DNA from: Octopus vulgaris
Taxonomy: Eukaryota
NCBI GenBank assembly: GCA_951406725.2
Contig: OX597821.1
Coordinates: forward strand, 103,974,001-104,038,000
DNA: 64,000 nucleotides
Reading direction: 5' to 3'
Shown here one piece after another: positions 1 through 12,378 of the stretch. The position numbers and the translations under genes were made by a program. Each line of letters opens with the position of its first letter. The first letter of the stretch is position 1. The notes beneath the pieces are model-generated. The model had not been told where the DNA came from, did no database searches, and worked only from the letters and a program-made list of their open reading frames with translations.

Positions 1-271
1 ATAGACACGAACATATATCAGAATAATTGGTTGGAAACATCAAATAATAAATTTTGACAAGTGAGTAAGAACATTGTTACATTTAACAAAACATGTATTA
101 GCCTCAAGCAATAGATATATGATATTTTAAAAGGAAGTCATGTATAGTTTATAGGTAATAGATGTAACAAGCTTTTGTCGTTGGATACAGGCATGCGTAC
201 AAGCCTAACCTCTCCTACGCACGCACGTACGCACGCACGCACACACTCACGCATAACACACTTATATATAT

Positions 272-322
<51 letters not shown>

Positions 323-421
323 TACATATATATATATATATGTACGCGTACAGAGATAGATTGATAGATAGATATGTGTATGTGGTGTATATCTATACAC
401 TTAAAAATAGCTCTACACGTA

Positions 422-545
<124 letters not shown>

Positions 546-833
546 ATATTTATATGCATATGTCGTAAAAAATGTGCACCCAGTACTTGAGAATTGAGAC
601 TTGAGACAGTTTTTAATTATTGATTTTTACGTTATTATTAAGAAGCTATGTCAACAGATTCACTATGAAACAGTTTTAACTTACCAGAAATATAATCATA
701 CAAATATGTATGTACGTATGTATGTATAATTGTATCTATGTTTATATATATATGTATATATACATATATTTATATATATACATATAGACGATGAAAGAAG
801 TCACCAGACGATGAAAGAAGTCACCCCCACCTG

Positions 834-1475
834 GTGGACGCCCGGGAGGAGGTTTTGAATGAGAAACCTGCCCGGGAAGTGAACCCAGGTGCAAGTTCTC
901 CAACCGGCAGCAAGGGCCATGGAGACGCAGAACCCGGTGAAGAGGTAGAGGGAGGAAGAAGAACTAAAAGAAGGACTGGAAGAGCTAAAGGAAAAGAAAA
1001 AGCTCAAGCAGGACCAAAGAGTGAAACAACCAGAAATAGAAGTGGAACCGCAAAGGATGGAACCAAACAGCGCACACGGGTGTGTATGTTCTACCTGAGA
1101 GGTTCCTGCTGGCATGGAAAGGAAGGTGCAGGCTGCCGCTTTGCACATCGGGGACCCTGCCACAGAGACACGAGGCAGATGGACAAACCATCAACACAAA
1201 GAAAAGGGATGGACCACGCACCACCTGCCCCAAAGCGGAGGTACGCAGATGTTGTGCGCGCCACAAACAGCCAACATGATGTTGTCGAAAGAGCAGCTGC
1301 TGAGCAACAATCTTTTTTGTGCATGGCACAAAAGATTGTACAGCAGCTGACCTGGCTTCATCAAACCCAAGCCCGCAGGTGGGACTACCCACTATATACC
1401 AGACCACCACAGCAAACAGACACAGGATGGACACCGCCGGCAACAACGTACACCTCACCTCGATACTCCTACTGA
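834..1475 (+). CDS. LINE ORF1 (probably N-terminally truncated), basic region plus CCCH zinc finger
   Basis: CMFYLRGSCWHGKEGAGCRFAH = C-x7-C-x8-C-x3-H after a Lys/Arg-rich stretch; overlaps the ORF2 frame. Confidence 0.75.
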   Translation: MDAREEVLNEKPAREVNPGASSPTGSKGHGDAEPGEEVEGGRRTKRRTGRAKGKEKAQAGPKSETTRNRSGTAKDGTKQRTRVCMFYLRGSCWHGKEGAGCRFAHRGPCHRDTRQMDKPSTQRKGMDHAPPAPKRRYADVVRATNSQHDVVERAAAEQQSFLCMAQKIVQQLTWLHQTQARRWDYPLYTRPPQQTDTGWTPPATTYTSPRYSY

Positions 1476-4423
1476 ACATCAGAGGACTGCAAACACTCAG
1501 TAACAGGACAAAGATCCCGTTCCTGAGAGACTTTGTTGCATGCAATCAAGCCATATGCATAGCACTTACAGAAACGCACCTGAAACCGGACATAGCAGAT
1601 GCGGAGTTACACATACCACAGTATGCTGTACTACGGACCGACAGGAAAGAAAGGAGTCATGGAGGTGTTGCTATGTACATCCGTGAGGACCTCACACCCC
1701 AGGTCCTCTTGTCATACTCAAACTCGGTGTGTGACACACTAATTGTACATATTAGGCAACTTGATGTAGTTGTGTGTGCTACATATCGCCCTCCAGATGC
1801 CCCAAGCCATGTGGGCAAGTTTGAAGACTGCCTTATAAAAATAGAAGAAATTCTAACCACTTTAGAACAACACATAGGTGTGCTTCTTATGGGAGACTTC
1901 AATCTGCCCAATGTCAGATGGCCCGAGGGCCTTTCTCTCCCAGGAATGACAAGATGTGAACGAGGACAGGCGAGGTCCCTCCTGAACCTCATCAACACCC
2001 TGTACATGGAGCAGGTAATACTCCAACCAACCAGGGCAGGTAACACACTGGATCTCTGCTTCACAAATGACATGGATCTCATCCATAATGTGAAAGTGAC
2101 ACCGACACTACTCTCGGATCACAACATGATAGAGCTGACCATGTACGGGCCAAAAGAGAGCACGGACATGCAGCCTACAAGAAACCCTCAAAATCTTTCC
2201 AGCTTGAACTACCATAAGGCAAACTGGAAACAAATTGAGAAAGAGATCCTCAAACAAAACTGGCCTAAATGTCTCTCCTCGCCAGACATCGACGTGAAAC
2301 TTTAACAATTCATGTCTGTAATGCAAGCCATATGCTACAAATGTGTCCCAGAGAGAAAGGCCACTGTACACAAGAACAAAATCCCCAGAGAGAGGAACAT
2401 TTTAATGAGACGGCGTACGAAATTTTCAAATCGCCTAAACAAACAGATTGAAAGCAGTGAAAAGTCCCGCCTAAAAATAAAACTGTTGGAAATCGAAAAA
2501 TGTCTGCAACTCTCCCATGAAAAAGAAAGAGCAGACAAAGAAGCCTGGGCTATAGAAAACATAAAATCTAACCCCAGAGCTTTCTACAGGTATGCCAAAG
2601 AAACAGCTACAGTGCACTGTAGAATAGGGCCACTCCTCGAAAAGGATGGCACACTTACAGGAAAACCAATGAGGGTAAGTGAAATACTGAATGAGCAATT
2701 CAAGAGTGTTTTCACTCCACCCCTTGGGCATCTCCAAATCACCAATCCAACTGACTTTTTTACCACTGCAGATATAAAATCAGAGGCGGCGACGATAGAT
2801 TACATCGATATAAAGGAAGACGATGTAACCAAGGCTATAGATGAAATGAAAACAGACTCAGCTACTGGCCCCGATGGATTCCCGGCAATCCTCCTAAAAG
2901 CATGTAAGAGAGTCCTAGCAAGACCACTGCAGTTCCTCTTTCAGAGCTTCCTTGCAGCTGGCAAACTTCCAGGAAAACTGAAGGAAGGTAAAATATGCCC
3001 CATTCATAAAGGATGTAGCAGAGCGGAAGCCAAGAACTATAGACCTATCTCTCTGACCTCACACATCAGCAAGGTCATGGAACGAATAGTCAGAAGGAAG
3101 CTGATCACCTTCCTTGAAGAGAATGACTTGCTGCCTGACACCCAACATGGTTTCCGACCAGGGAGAAGCTGTTTAACTCAGCTCCTACAACACTATGACT
3201 GGGTGCTGAAACGGCTGCTCAACCACTCAAATGTGGAACTGATATATCTCGACTTTGCAAAGGCCTTTTATAAAGTCGATCATGGAATGATATGTCACAA
3301 ACTACGTGATCTCAACATAGTTGGAAAACTGGGAGAATGGCTTCATGACTTTCTGAAGGATAGAAGTCAGGTGGTAGTAGCCAATGGGGCCACCTCCATT
3401 AACACACAAATAGTGAGCGGTGTTCCGCAGGGCACTGTTCTGGGACCACTACTGTTCATAATGGCCCTCTCAGACATGCCCTCAGCCACGCAGAGAGCCA
3501 CGATCACAAGTTATGCAGATGATACAAAAGTTTCACAGGCAATACAGAACCCTGAGGACACTAAACACCTGCAATGTGAGCTGGACGAAATATACAAGTG
3601 GGCTGAAAAGAATAGCATGCAGTTCAATGCTGGAAAGTTTCAAGCTTTATACTATCAGCATGCAAAACTGAATGCAATACCCAATGAATACACTGGACCC
3701 GGAGGGATTGCAATCCCAGAGGCACAATCAGTGCGTGACCTGGGTATTCACATGAGTGATGACGCGACCTTTCATGTACATGTTGCTAAACTGACAATGA
3801 AATGTAGACGGCTGGCTGGATGGATTCTTAGAACCTTTAGAACAAGAGAACAAGAAACCATGATGGTCCTCTGGAAGACACTTGTTCTAAGCCACTTTGA
3901 CTATTGCTCTCAGCTATGGTCACCATCCAGTGTCAAGTTGATCACAGAACTTGAGGCGATCCAACGAAGCTACACAAAGAAGATAGCCTCTATGCAGAAT
4001 GTAAGCTACTGGGAAAGACTCAAGAGATTAAAATTATATTCCCTGGAGCGTAGGCGGGAAAGATATGCCATAATATACATCTGGAAGATCCTGGAGGGAA
4101 GTGTCCTGAACTTTGGCATCGAGAGTTACGCAAATGCCAGAACTGGGCGCCACTGCGTGGTGCCTAGGACTCCAAACCTGCCATCAAGATGTAGGACAAG
4201 ATTCTGTGATAGCCTGGGCTTCCGAGGCCCACAGCTCTTCAATATCCTCCCGAAGAACCTGAGAGACCTGCATGGGGTGGATACAGATGTCTTTAAAATG
4301 AAGCTGGATCTCTTCCTGTCAGGTGTCCCAGATGAACCAACTTCACGGCAGGAGGGGCAGATGAGGGCAGCTGCATCGAACTCTCTCATGCACCAAATAG
4401 CAGTTGCTAGAAAGCCTCCATGA
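1427..4423 (+). pseudogene. LINE ORF2 (APE endonuclease + reverse transcriptase) broken by one in-frame stop
   Basis: ORFs 1319-2305 and 2312-4423 share a frame, separated by TAA at 2303-2305. APE motifs NIRGL, LTETHL, YRPP, GDFNLP, LDL, SDHN; RT motifs NYRPISL, QHGFR, GVPQGTVLGP, YADD (3512-3523). KAFD reads KAFY (TAT 3269-3271). Confidence 0.92.
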
Positions 4424-4525
4424 AGTGAAACCAAGTAGCAACACCAAATGGCGGTGCCCCAGCATGGCCACAGCTCATAAGCTGAAACTAGAATCAATCA
4501 ATCAATCAATCAATATTTATATATA

Positions 4526-4925
4526 GGCGCAGGAGTGGCTGTGTGGTAAGTAGCTTGCTAACCAACCACATGGTTCCGGGTTCAGTCCCACTGCGTGGCA
4601 TCTTGGGCAAGTGTCTTCTGCTATAGCCTCGGGCCGACCAATGCCTTGTGAGTGGATTTGGTAGACGGAAACTGAAAGAATCCTGTCGTATATATGTATA
4701 TATATATATATGTATGTGTATGTTTGTGTGTCTGTGTTTGTCCCCCCAACATTGCTTGACAACCGATGCTGGTGTGTTTACGTCCCCGTCACTTTGCGGT
4801 TCGGCAAAAAAGAGACCGATAGAATAAGTACTGGGCTTACAAAGAATAAGTCCCGGGGTCGATTTGCTCGACTAAAGGCGGTGTTCCAGCATGGCCACAG
4901 TCAAATGACTGAAACAAGTAAAAAA
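4526..4925 (+). mobile_element. SINE family A (tRNA head, CORE-like box, internal microsatellite, LINE-like 3' tail), full length
   Basis: A-box-like GTGGCTGTGTGGT, B-box-like GGTTCAGTCCC, CTTGGGCAAGTG CORE-like motif, A-rich end; many further copies in the window. Confidence 0.88.
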
Positions 4926-5729
4926 AAAAGATATGTATGTATACATATATAGGGACGCATATACATATATATAAATACGTATATCTGCACAGGCATACAC
5001 TTACACACACACACACATACACACTCTCTCTCTCTCTCTCTCTCGTATATATTCATATGCTCACACTTACATATCACAAACGTGTATACATATTAAAATT
5101 TTTTAAGGAAAACTTTGAAAAGGACTTCATTGTTTCAGTCTATTCACCTTCATCAAACAGTGCCTTAATTAGTTTCTTTTTGGCTTTATATCGACAATAG
5201 CCAGACGTCTCTTTTTGAAACTAGCAAGATGTTTGATTTTTATCAGTAAGTGTTGTCATTTGAATGATGACCAGGTGTATAAGTAGACTGGGAAAGTAGT
5301 TGTTTAGGAAGGGAACGGAAAATAAGGGGAAAAATTTATGTTCGTTGATCGATAGACAGCTGTAGTGAAGGGATTTCTTTTAGTTTGCGGTTTGAATTCA
5401 AATTTCAATTTGGTGGAAGTAATGTTGTAACTAGATGTGTCAAATTTACATCACAGTATTTTTATATACAATTTTGTAATCACGTTTTAGGATCCACAAA
5501 AGAAAACTGGTTGATAAATCGGTTGGTAATACCTTATAGGACAAACTAAGGTATACAAGCAATTTATGCCTGCATAGGAGTTACATGCGTTTGCGTGCTC
5601 CGGAAAGCACTGTGTGAACTAAAAGTTGTACATTTGAAAAGTATGTAATAATAATTACATCCAATTGAGTTTCCTTTCTCTATGCTAACGATCACTTTGC
5701 ATTTCGTATTCCACAACAAATACCATACA

Positions 5730-8330
5730 CATTCATCTTCTATCAACCAACCTATGGTTGATCGGAACTCCATTGACGATCCCTTTCCACACTACACGGT
5801 CCTACATTACTTTGTTCAGATCTCTAATATCCAGTCCTGAGTTCCGAGATATAGTATCTGGAAATGTCAGTTTTCTGGAGCAAACACTTCCAGTGGGATG
5901 CCATAGGAACATGGATGGGATAACCTCTTTCTCTGTTCGATGACAGAAGCCAGCAAATTGTAGCCGTTTCTGCTTTAGCTTGAGGAATATTGGTATCAGA
6001 TTTCTGTAGATGTTACTAAGTGTTGAGTGTGATCTTCAACTGATGTTCTGTATCTTTCTGAGCAGGTTGGTATATGTCCCATCTAGTTGTTTTTCTAAGA
6101 GAGCCGATAAGGTCCAGGTCCCTCATCCATAGAGAAGGACCGGCTCAGTCAGTGTTCTAAATATTTTAACTTTTAATTGGGATAAAAGGTTTGAGTACCA
6201 GATCTTATCAAGTCTGTTATATCCATGCCAAACAAGAGCTTTGTGGACGCGAAAGTCCTTTTGGGAGTCTATTATGTGTGACCCAAGATATTTGAAGTCA
6301 ACGTTTTTGGTTGATATATTATTCAGCGATTTAAGTTCAGTTAACTTGGAGGAGGCTGTGATACACGCTGTCGTACTCTCTTGTTGCAGTAAAGGCTGAC
6401 CTGGTTTGCCACTTTCTCCAGTGCTTGTAACAAAGATTCTGCATCTTTAATACAATGGGATATCAAGGCAAGATTGTGAGCAAAGTCAAACCAGTTAAAT
6501 ATTGTGCACAATGCCAACTGCTCTGGTGGGGTTTAAAAAGGCGTCCCTCTCCCTCCATGCCATCTAGGGAAATGCGTAGAACGTAGTCGAGAACAATGAT
6601 GGACAAAAGGGGTGTTCTGCAGGGTGGGTGTGTCACCCTGCAGAACACTTGCTTCAACTTCAAAGAAATCAGTCTCTCCATCAGGCGATATAACATTGTG
6701 GCAGTAGTGTTTGTGTGCAGTACTCTGATAGCATAAAAAATCCTCGGAGGAATACTATTGAGTGCAAGTATTTTAAATGTAAGATCTCTGCTGATGGTAT
6801 CAAATGCCATGCGAATGTCGACAAAACCGATTATGACGCTCTTGTTAAACATTTTTCATTTCTTCCAGTATGCGACAGGTGGATAGGATTTGAGCAGTTG
6901 TTGACCGACCCATTCTAAATTCATTCTGATTCTTACGAAGAAGTGTATCGAGCATAGGTGCAATGCTATTAAGCAGAAGTTCGTTATAAACCTTTGCTGC
7001 AATCGGGATCAGTATAATGCCTCTGTAATTTACTGCACTTGTTAGATCACCTTTTTGGGGGTGGGGACAGGGACAATTCCCCGCTTCAACCAAGCTGATG
7101 AAGGTGAATGATGTGCACATGTGTCATTGCAGAAACGTAGTAAGGTTTCATGAAATATTGGATCTTTCCACAGTAATGTTGGTATGTAATCTAGTCCTGG
7201 TGCTTTATTGCTAGCAAAACTACCGAGAGCAACTTTGAGCTGAGCTCATCCAACGTGGAAAGGTCCCTGTTGATATCTAATACATTAGATATTTGGCGTA
7301 GAGGAAGTGGGCAACCGCTAGTTGGTGGTGGTTCTGCAAGAAGTTTCTGAAAGCGGTCAAACCAGTTGGCTTTGCACTTCTCAGAGGAACCAACTTTAAG
7401 ACTGATGGAGTGCTTAAATATTTTTCCAGTTAGTGTGTTTATTATTTTCCATACAACAGCATATTCCTTTGCAGTATGCAAATTTGCAATTTTGTCAATC
7501 TCAGCGAGAATGTAATCCGTTTTTATATTGGCACATGCCTCGTCTAGTGTCCCTTAATTTTTAAAAGCATCTTTGAATTTATTTTTATTAGGCCTCTGTT
7601 CATTTTTAAAGTTCGATCTTTCTAGATGCTTTCTTGCTTCTCTCACACGGATATCTGCATGAATTGATATGTGCGATATTCTTTCCTTCTTTGCTCGTTT
7701 TGAAAGGGTAATTTCTTCTGTGGCTGTTACGAAGTTATTATATTGTGTTTCAACGTCGTCATTGTGCTCTGACGGTTTTTAAAGTCTACTGCAAATGAGT
7801 GTACTAAGTCTTTATCTGATGATACCGTGGACCAGTCCACTTATTTCATGGGGTTTGGGACTGGTGGTTTTGATGATCTAAGACTGAGAACAGTGCATAT
7901 GGAAATAACTCTATGGTCAGAGCCAATAGATGCGCAGGAGGAGTATGCCTGTGCATTTCGGATATTGTTCTTCTACTTGTTTCCTCTAGTGAATTTGTGA
8001 ATAAGATCCAGATTGGCGCTGAAATATCCACAACCGCTTTGGGCATTTCAGGAACTTTATGTTTGCAATCTGAAGTAGAAACTTGTGAAGAAAATCAATC
8101 AGTTTTATCCCGTTCCGGTTAGTCTCCTTGTTATAGGTGAACAGAGCATCATCCCTCCCTATTTGGCCATTAAAATCACCTGCTATAAAAAGGACGTTGT
8201 GGTAAGGGACACGTTCCTTTGCTCCCTTCAGATCGCAGTAGACGTCGTCTGCAAGTTTCTCACCACTTGTGTTAAATGGGCAATATTCGCAAAGAATGTT
8301 GTTTGAGGGTTACTAAAATTATGCGGTCAG
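5730..8330 (-). mobile_element. Decayed RTE-clade LINE (APE and RT fragments, many frameshifts)
   Basis: Minus-strand fragments VPYHNVLFIAGDFNGQI (~8160-8210), NYRGIILIPIAAKVYN...LRKNQNEFRMGRSTTAQIL, FVDIRMAFDTI, and C-terminal RLQFAGFCHR...DRVVWKGIV. Ends approximate. Confidence 0.85.
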
Positions 8331-8838
8331 ATATGAATTTGTAATATTTTCACGTATTTCAGTACTCAACGACATGATGCGTTATAATATAGTCTCTAGA
8401 GTTTAACACTGAAAGTAGACACAGCATAAAACCGGGTGAAACTATATTAGGTAGGTTTGACAATTAGCGGTATAACTGTCACATTTGTAATAATGGCTTC
8501 TATCAGTAAATTTAAATAAATTTCACTGCAATTTCTAGTATACAGACGAAACATGAACTGGCACCTTGTTTTGTATATACGTACTCGCCTCTATTAGGGG
8601 CCAATTTTAAACTGATCAAGGAACAAGAAGACATTTTGTCATTATTATTCCCAAAAAGCAATGGGGGTATGATGGCAAGGAATATATGAAGGGGACATAA
8701 TCTTCTGTAAATACTTTCTTACTACGAACTGATTTTCTCACATTTGCGAATTCCACTTCCAGAATATTCTAGCTAATCACCAACTCCTACTGTCGACGAA
8801 TGACTTATACATACATACATACATACATACAAATATAC

Positions 8839-8900
<62 letters not shown>

Positions 8901-8929
8901 CCATCTCTGTCTATATATCTACACTCTTT

Positions 8930-9195
8930 ATAAGGTTATTAATTAACATGAAAATAATTATATGTATTGATGGAGAACTTCTATAAACATTGCTCAACAT
9001 TTTAAAACTGTTGTAATACTTAGAATGTTTAATAAAATGTTGTAGCGTGAAACAATCGTACCAAATTACCGAATATATTCTTGTTGCTTATTTTGATTAT
9101 AATCACCCCAGGGATTTATGTGGATAAAACCGTGCAAAATTCTGGTGCATCTAACTTAAGTACCATATTCATTCGAATCTAAATCTTGTTGAACG
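8930..9195 (+). repeat. Diverged inverted homolog of the element end at 13513-13730, between TA tracts
   Basis: TTGTTGCTTATTTTGATTATAATCACCCCA is the reverse complement of 13583-13610; flanks are also colinear. The hammerhead CTGAAGA box is lost in this copy. Confidence 0.75.
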
Positions 9196-9350
9196 TATAT
9201 ATATATATTTATATATATATATATATATCACAATCAAGGAACGGCCATAATAGGCCATTCACCCACTAGAAATAACAGCCAAAAGCTTTAACCGCAAAAT
9301 AACGTTAATTCCGTAAACCAGGAGAAAATTGAAAAACATTTACCCTGTAA

Positions 9351-9554
9351 TTTCTTAGACGATGCACCGTTTTATCCTCTGTTTAATGGAAAACTAACCT
9401 GATTAAATTAAATCAAGCCAATCTACCATAGGCCCTTAGATTCATCAGTAAGAAATAACGATGCACCGTTTCATCTTCTGTTTAATGGAAAACTAACCTG
9501 ATTAAATTAAATCAAGCCAATCTACCATAGGCCCTTAGATTCATCAGTAAGAAA
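9351..9554 (-). ncRNA. Tandem pair (99-bp period) of type I hammerhead ribozyme motifs
   Basis: Minus strand: TTTCTTA-CTGATGA-ATCT...AGAT-GAAA-CGGTGCATCG-TTA, then TTTCTTA-CTGATGA-ATCT...GGAT-AAAA-CGGTGCATCG-TC-TAAGAAA. 7-bp helix I, 4-bp helix II, near-palindromic helix III. Confidence 0.75.
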
Positions 9555-9610
9555 GCCAAACCGGAACAAATATTTTTCACGAGGCATTCTCATTGCTATC
9601 ATTGTAGATG

Positions 9611-9648
<38 letters not shown>

Positions 9649-10717
9649 GCACACACACACACACACATCCACATATATAAGCATTTTCTGGTTTATGCAT
9701 TTCGCAATTGAAGATATTTGGTCAATGGTTTCAATAGATGCACCTCTTTAAATCTCACCGAATGTACCACACTTACCAACACATGTAGTTATGTGAAAGT
9801 ATAGTGAAAAGAGAAATAAATGCAATTCTCACAGCTGCATAATATATATTGTGGTATAATGTCTTTGGAAATTTAGATAATACTAGCACTGCCGGTTTTT
9901 AGAGAAATGTTTCGATTTGAATTACACAGTTTATCACTGGAATTCTAAAGGTTAACGTCATGCAGCGAGCTTAAACGATAGTAACTTCAATTGGTAGAGT
10001 ACATTTCTTATCACAGAGCTTTGTAAATATTTCTACAATTCGTTACAATGTCCACTAAAATTATCACACGTAATTCTAAGTGATAACACCATGGTTAGAA
10101 AGGAAAGATGTACTGGATTTTGGAAAATGAATAATTCTTGATTCTTTTCAATAGGTTTAACTTACTTGTATTTAATCAGATACGAGAAGAGGTTAATGAC
10201 TTTTCCAAATAGTTTGTCATTGATGGCCGTTTTTATTATTGTTGCTGTTTAGTAGAGTGAGTAGGTGTGTTATCATGAGCATTCATTCCGTCAGATTAGA
10301 AACCATATAATACCTCGGCGTTTCCTTCCTTTTCGTAAGATATTCGGATATTATTTGAGGAAAATCTATTTGCTATTTCTTATAGATATAGCAACCACAT
10401 AGTTGCTTCACTCAATTCCAGGAAGTGAGGTGAATTGAGTGAAGCAGTTATTGGAAAGAAAAAAAAGGAAAAAAGAGCGTTTCTCGGTATTATTTTATGC
10501 GCTGTTTTGTTTCTGGATCTGTAGATGATTTGGTTCATGGTGTTTCACCTTAAATGTTTCACCTACATGCCATATGAAAATTTTATAAATAATATCAATA
10601 ATTAAACATACATACATACATACATACATACATACATACATACATACATACATACATACATACATACATACATACTCACATACACACACACACACACACA
10701 TACACACACACACACAC

Positions 10718-12300
10718 AAATATATGTTCAAATGTTCTTCCTTCTCTGGTCAAATCTATAAGCAGTCAGTGGTATTGCTATGGGCACCAGGATGGCCCCC
10801 AATTATGGCAACCCCTTTGTAAATTATGTAAACGAGCAAATCTTTGCTCACTTGTCTGGACCCATCCCAGAACATTATGGTCGTTACATTGACGACTGCA
10901 TTGGCACTACAAGCCTTCACGGACAACAGCTCAACGATTTTATTTCTTTCGTTAACACCTTTCACCCAACATTGGAATCTACCTACATCATATCTGATAT
11001 TTCTCTTTGCTTTCTGGACTCTCCGTCAAAATACACAATACACACTTCTCCACCACTGTCTACTATAAACTTTCAGACTCCAGCTCCTACCTTTACTACT
11101 CGTCCTTTCACCGCAAACACATACAATTTTTGTATACCTTTCTCTCAATTTATTCGCCTTCGATGACTTTGCAGCATCGATTCGGAGTTCGAATTCCATA
11201 GTAAAATGAAGCGACATTTTTTTCTATATCGAGAGTATCCTCCATCAGTTGTCGACCCGCCACTCCACCAAGCCCCAGGCATCAACCGCACCGCAGCTCT
11301 GCTACCATCTTCACGAACTTCCACCAACTGTATTCCACTCTCTCTCACCCACCAACCTTCTAAATCACAAACTCACCCACAACTTTCGTTTCCTTCTTTC
11401 TGACCCAACAACCGTCCCTATCTTTCCCACACCGCATCTTCTGTCTTTTAAAACTGATAGGAGTCTTAGAAATCTCCTTGTCAGAAGGTTACCAGTTCCC
11501 AGCTCTGCACAACCAGGAACTTATAAATGTTCTCGCCGGCAATGTAACACATGTCCCTACATCAACAATATTACCACGATCACGGGGCCCAAGAAGACAA
11601 TAACTCATAACACACCACTTCTGTTACACTGTTCCGAATCTCATATATTGCATCATATGCAAAATCTGCAGTGCTCTTTATATTGGACAAACAGGGCGAC
11701 GCCTTGTGGATCGCTTTCGCGAACTCATTAGTAGCATAATGCTACGTATGCCAGGCCAACCCTTCTCCACGCACTTCAACAGTGTGAATCATTCTATAGC
11801 AGCTTTATCATTGAGTGAGATGGCCTTGCACCACGGAACCCCCTTCTGTAGAAAACGAAAGGAGCAAAGTCTCATATTTGATCTTGGTTCTATGCCCTGA
11901 CAGGTACAAATGAACGTTTTTCCTTTCACCTCCTCTTAGTTATTTCTACCTTTGAAGTCCTCCTTCCACACTCTCTCTGCAACATTCCCGTATTTACTTA
12001 CCTCTATTCTCTCCATCACACCTTTCCTCCTCCTTTCGGCTCGCACTCTCGTATAACTTCTGTTTCATATTAGCAGCCCCTGTTATTCTGCGTCCATTAT
12101 CAGTTTCAGTCAGTTTTTCAAGCTAAGAGGATGTAAACTCTGATTTTCTTCTCTTTGTCTTCTCTCTTTCTCTAACCCCTGACGAAGGGGATAGATTATA
12201 ATTATTAACCAACTTGTCATCTTCTATTGAAAGAACTGAACAGTTGTATAGATGTATACACAATTTTGTCTTCTTTCTTTCTTCCTTCTTTCTTTCCTTC
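10718..12300 (+). mobile_element. Decayed Penelope-like element (RT C-half, thumb, GIY-YIG, 3' pLTR-like region)
   Basis: AMGTRMAPNYGN, YGRYIDDCIG, IPFSQFIRLR, linker CSRRQCNTCP, IYCIICKIC..LYIGQTGRRL.DRFRE, HFN, EQSLIFDLGS across shifted frames. Confidence 0.9.
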
Positions 12301-12333
12301 TCTTTTCCATTGACACTCCTTTCAGATACATAG

Positions 12334-12378
<45 letters not shown>

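Larger units (their letters stand above)
786..4514 (+). mobile_element. Young, 5'-truncated CR1-group non-LTR retrotransposon (LINE) inserted in a TA-rich tract
   Basis: ORF1 with CCCH finger, ORF2 with APE endonuclease and RT, CR1-like C-terminus (LYSLERRRERY...FKMKLDLFLSGVPDEP), short 3' UTR and (AATC)n tail at ~4492-4514. Exact clade is inferred. Confidence 0.93.

Noticed and set aside
766-4525. ATATTTATATATA on both sides of the LINE as a TSD
   Set aside because: Low complexity and not adjacent to the 5' junction; cannot be distinguished from chance.
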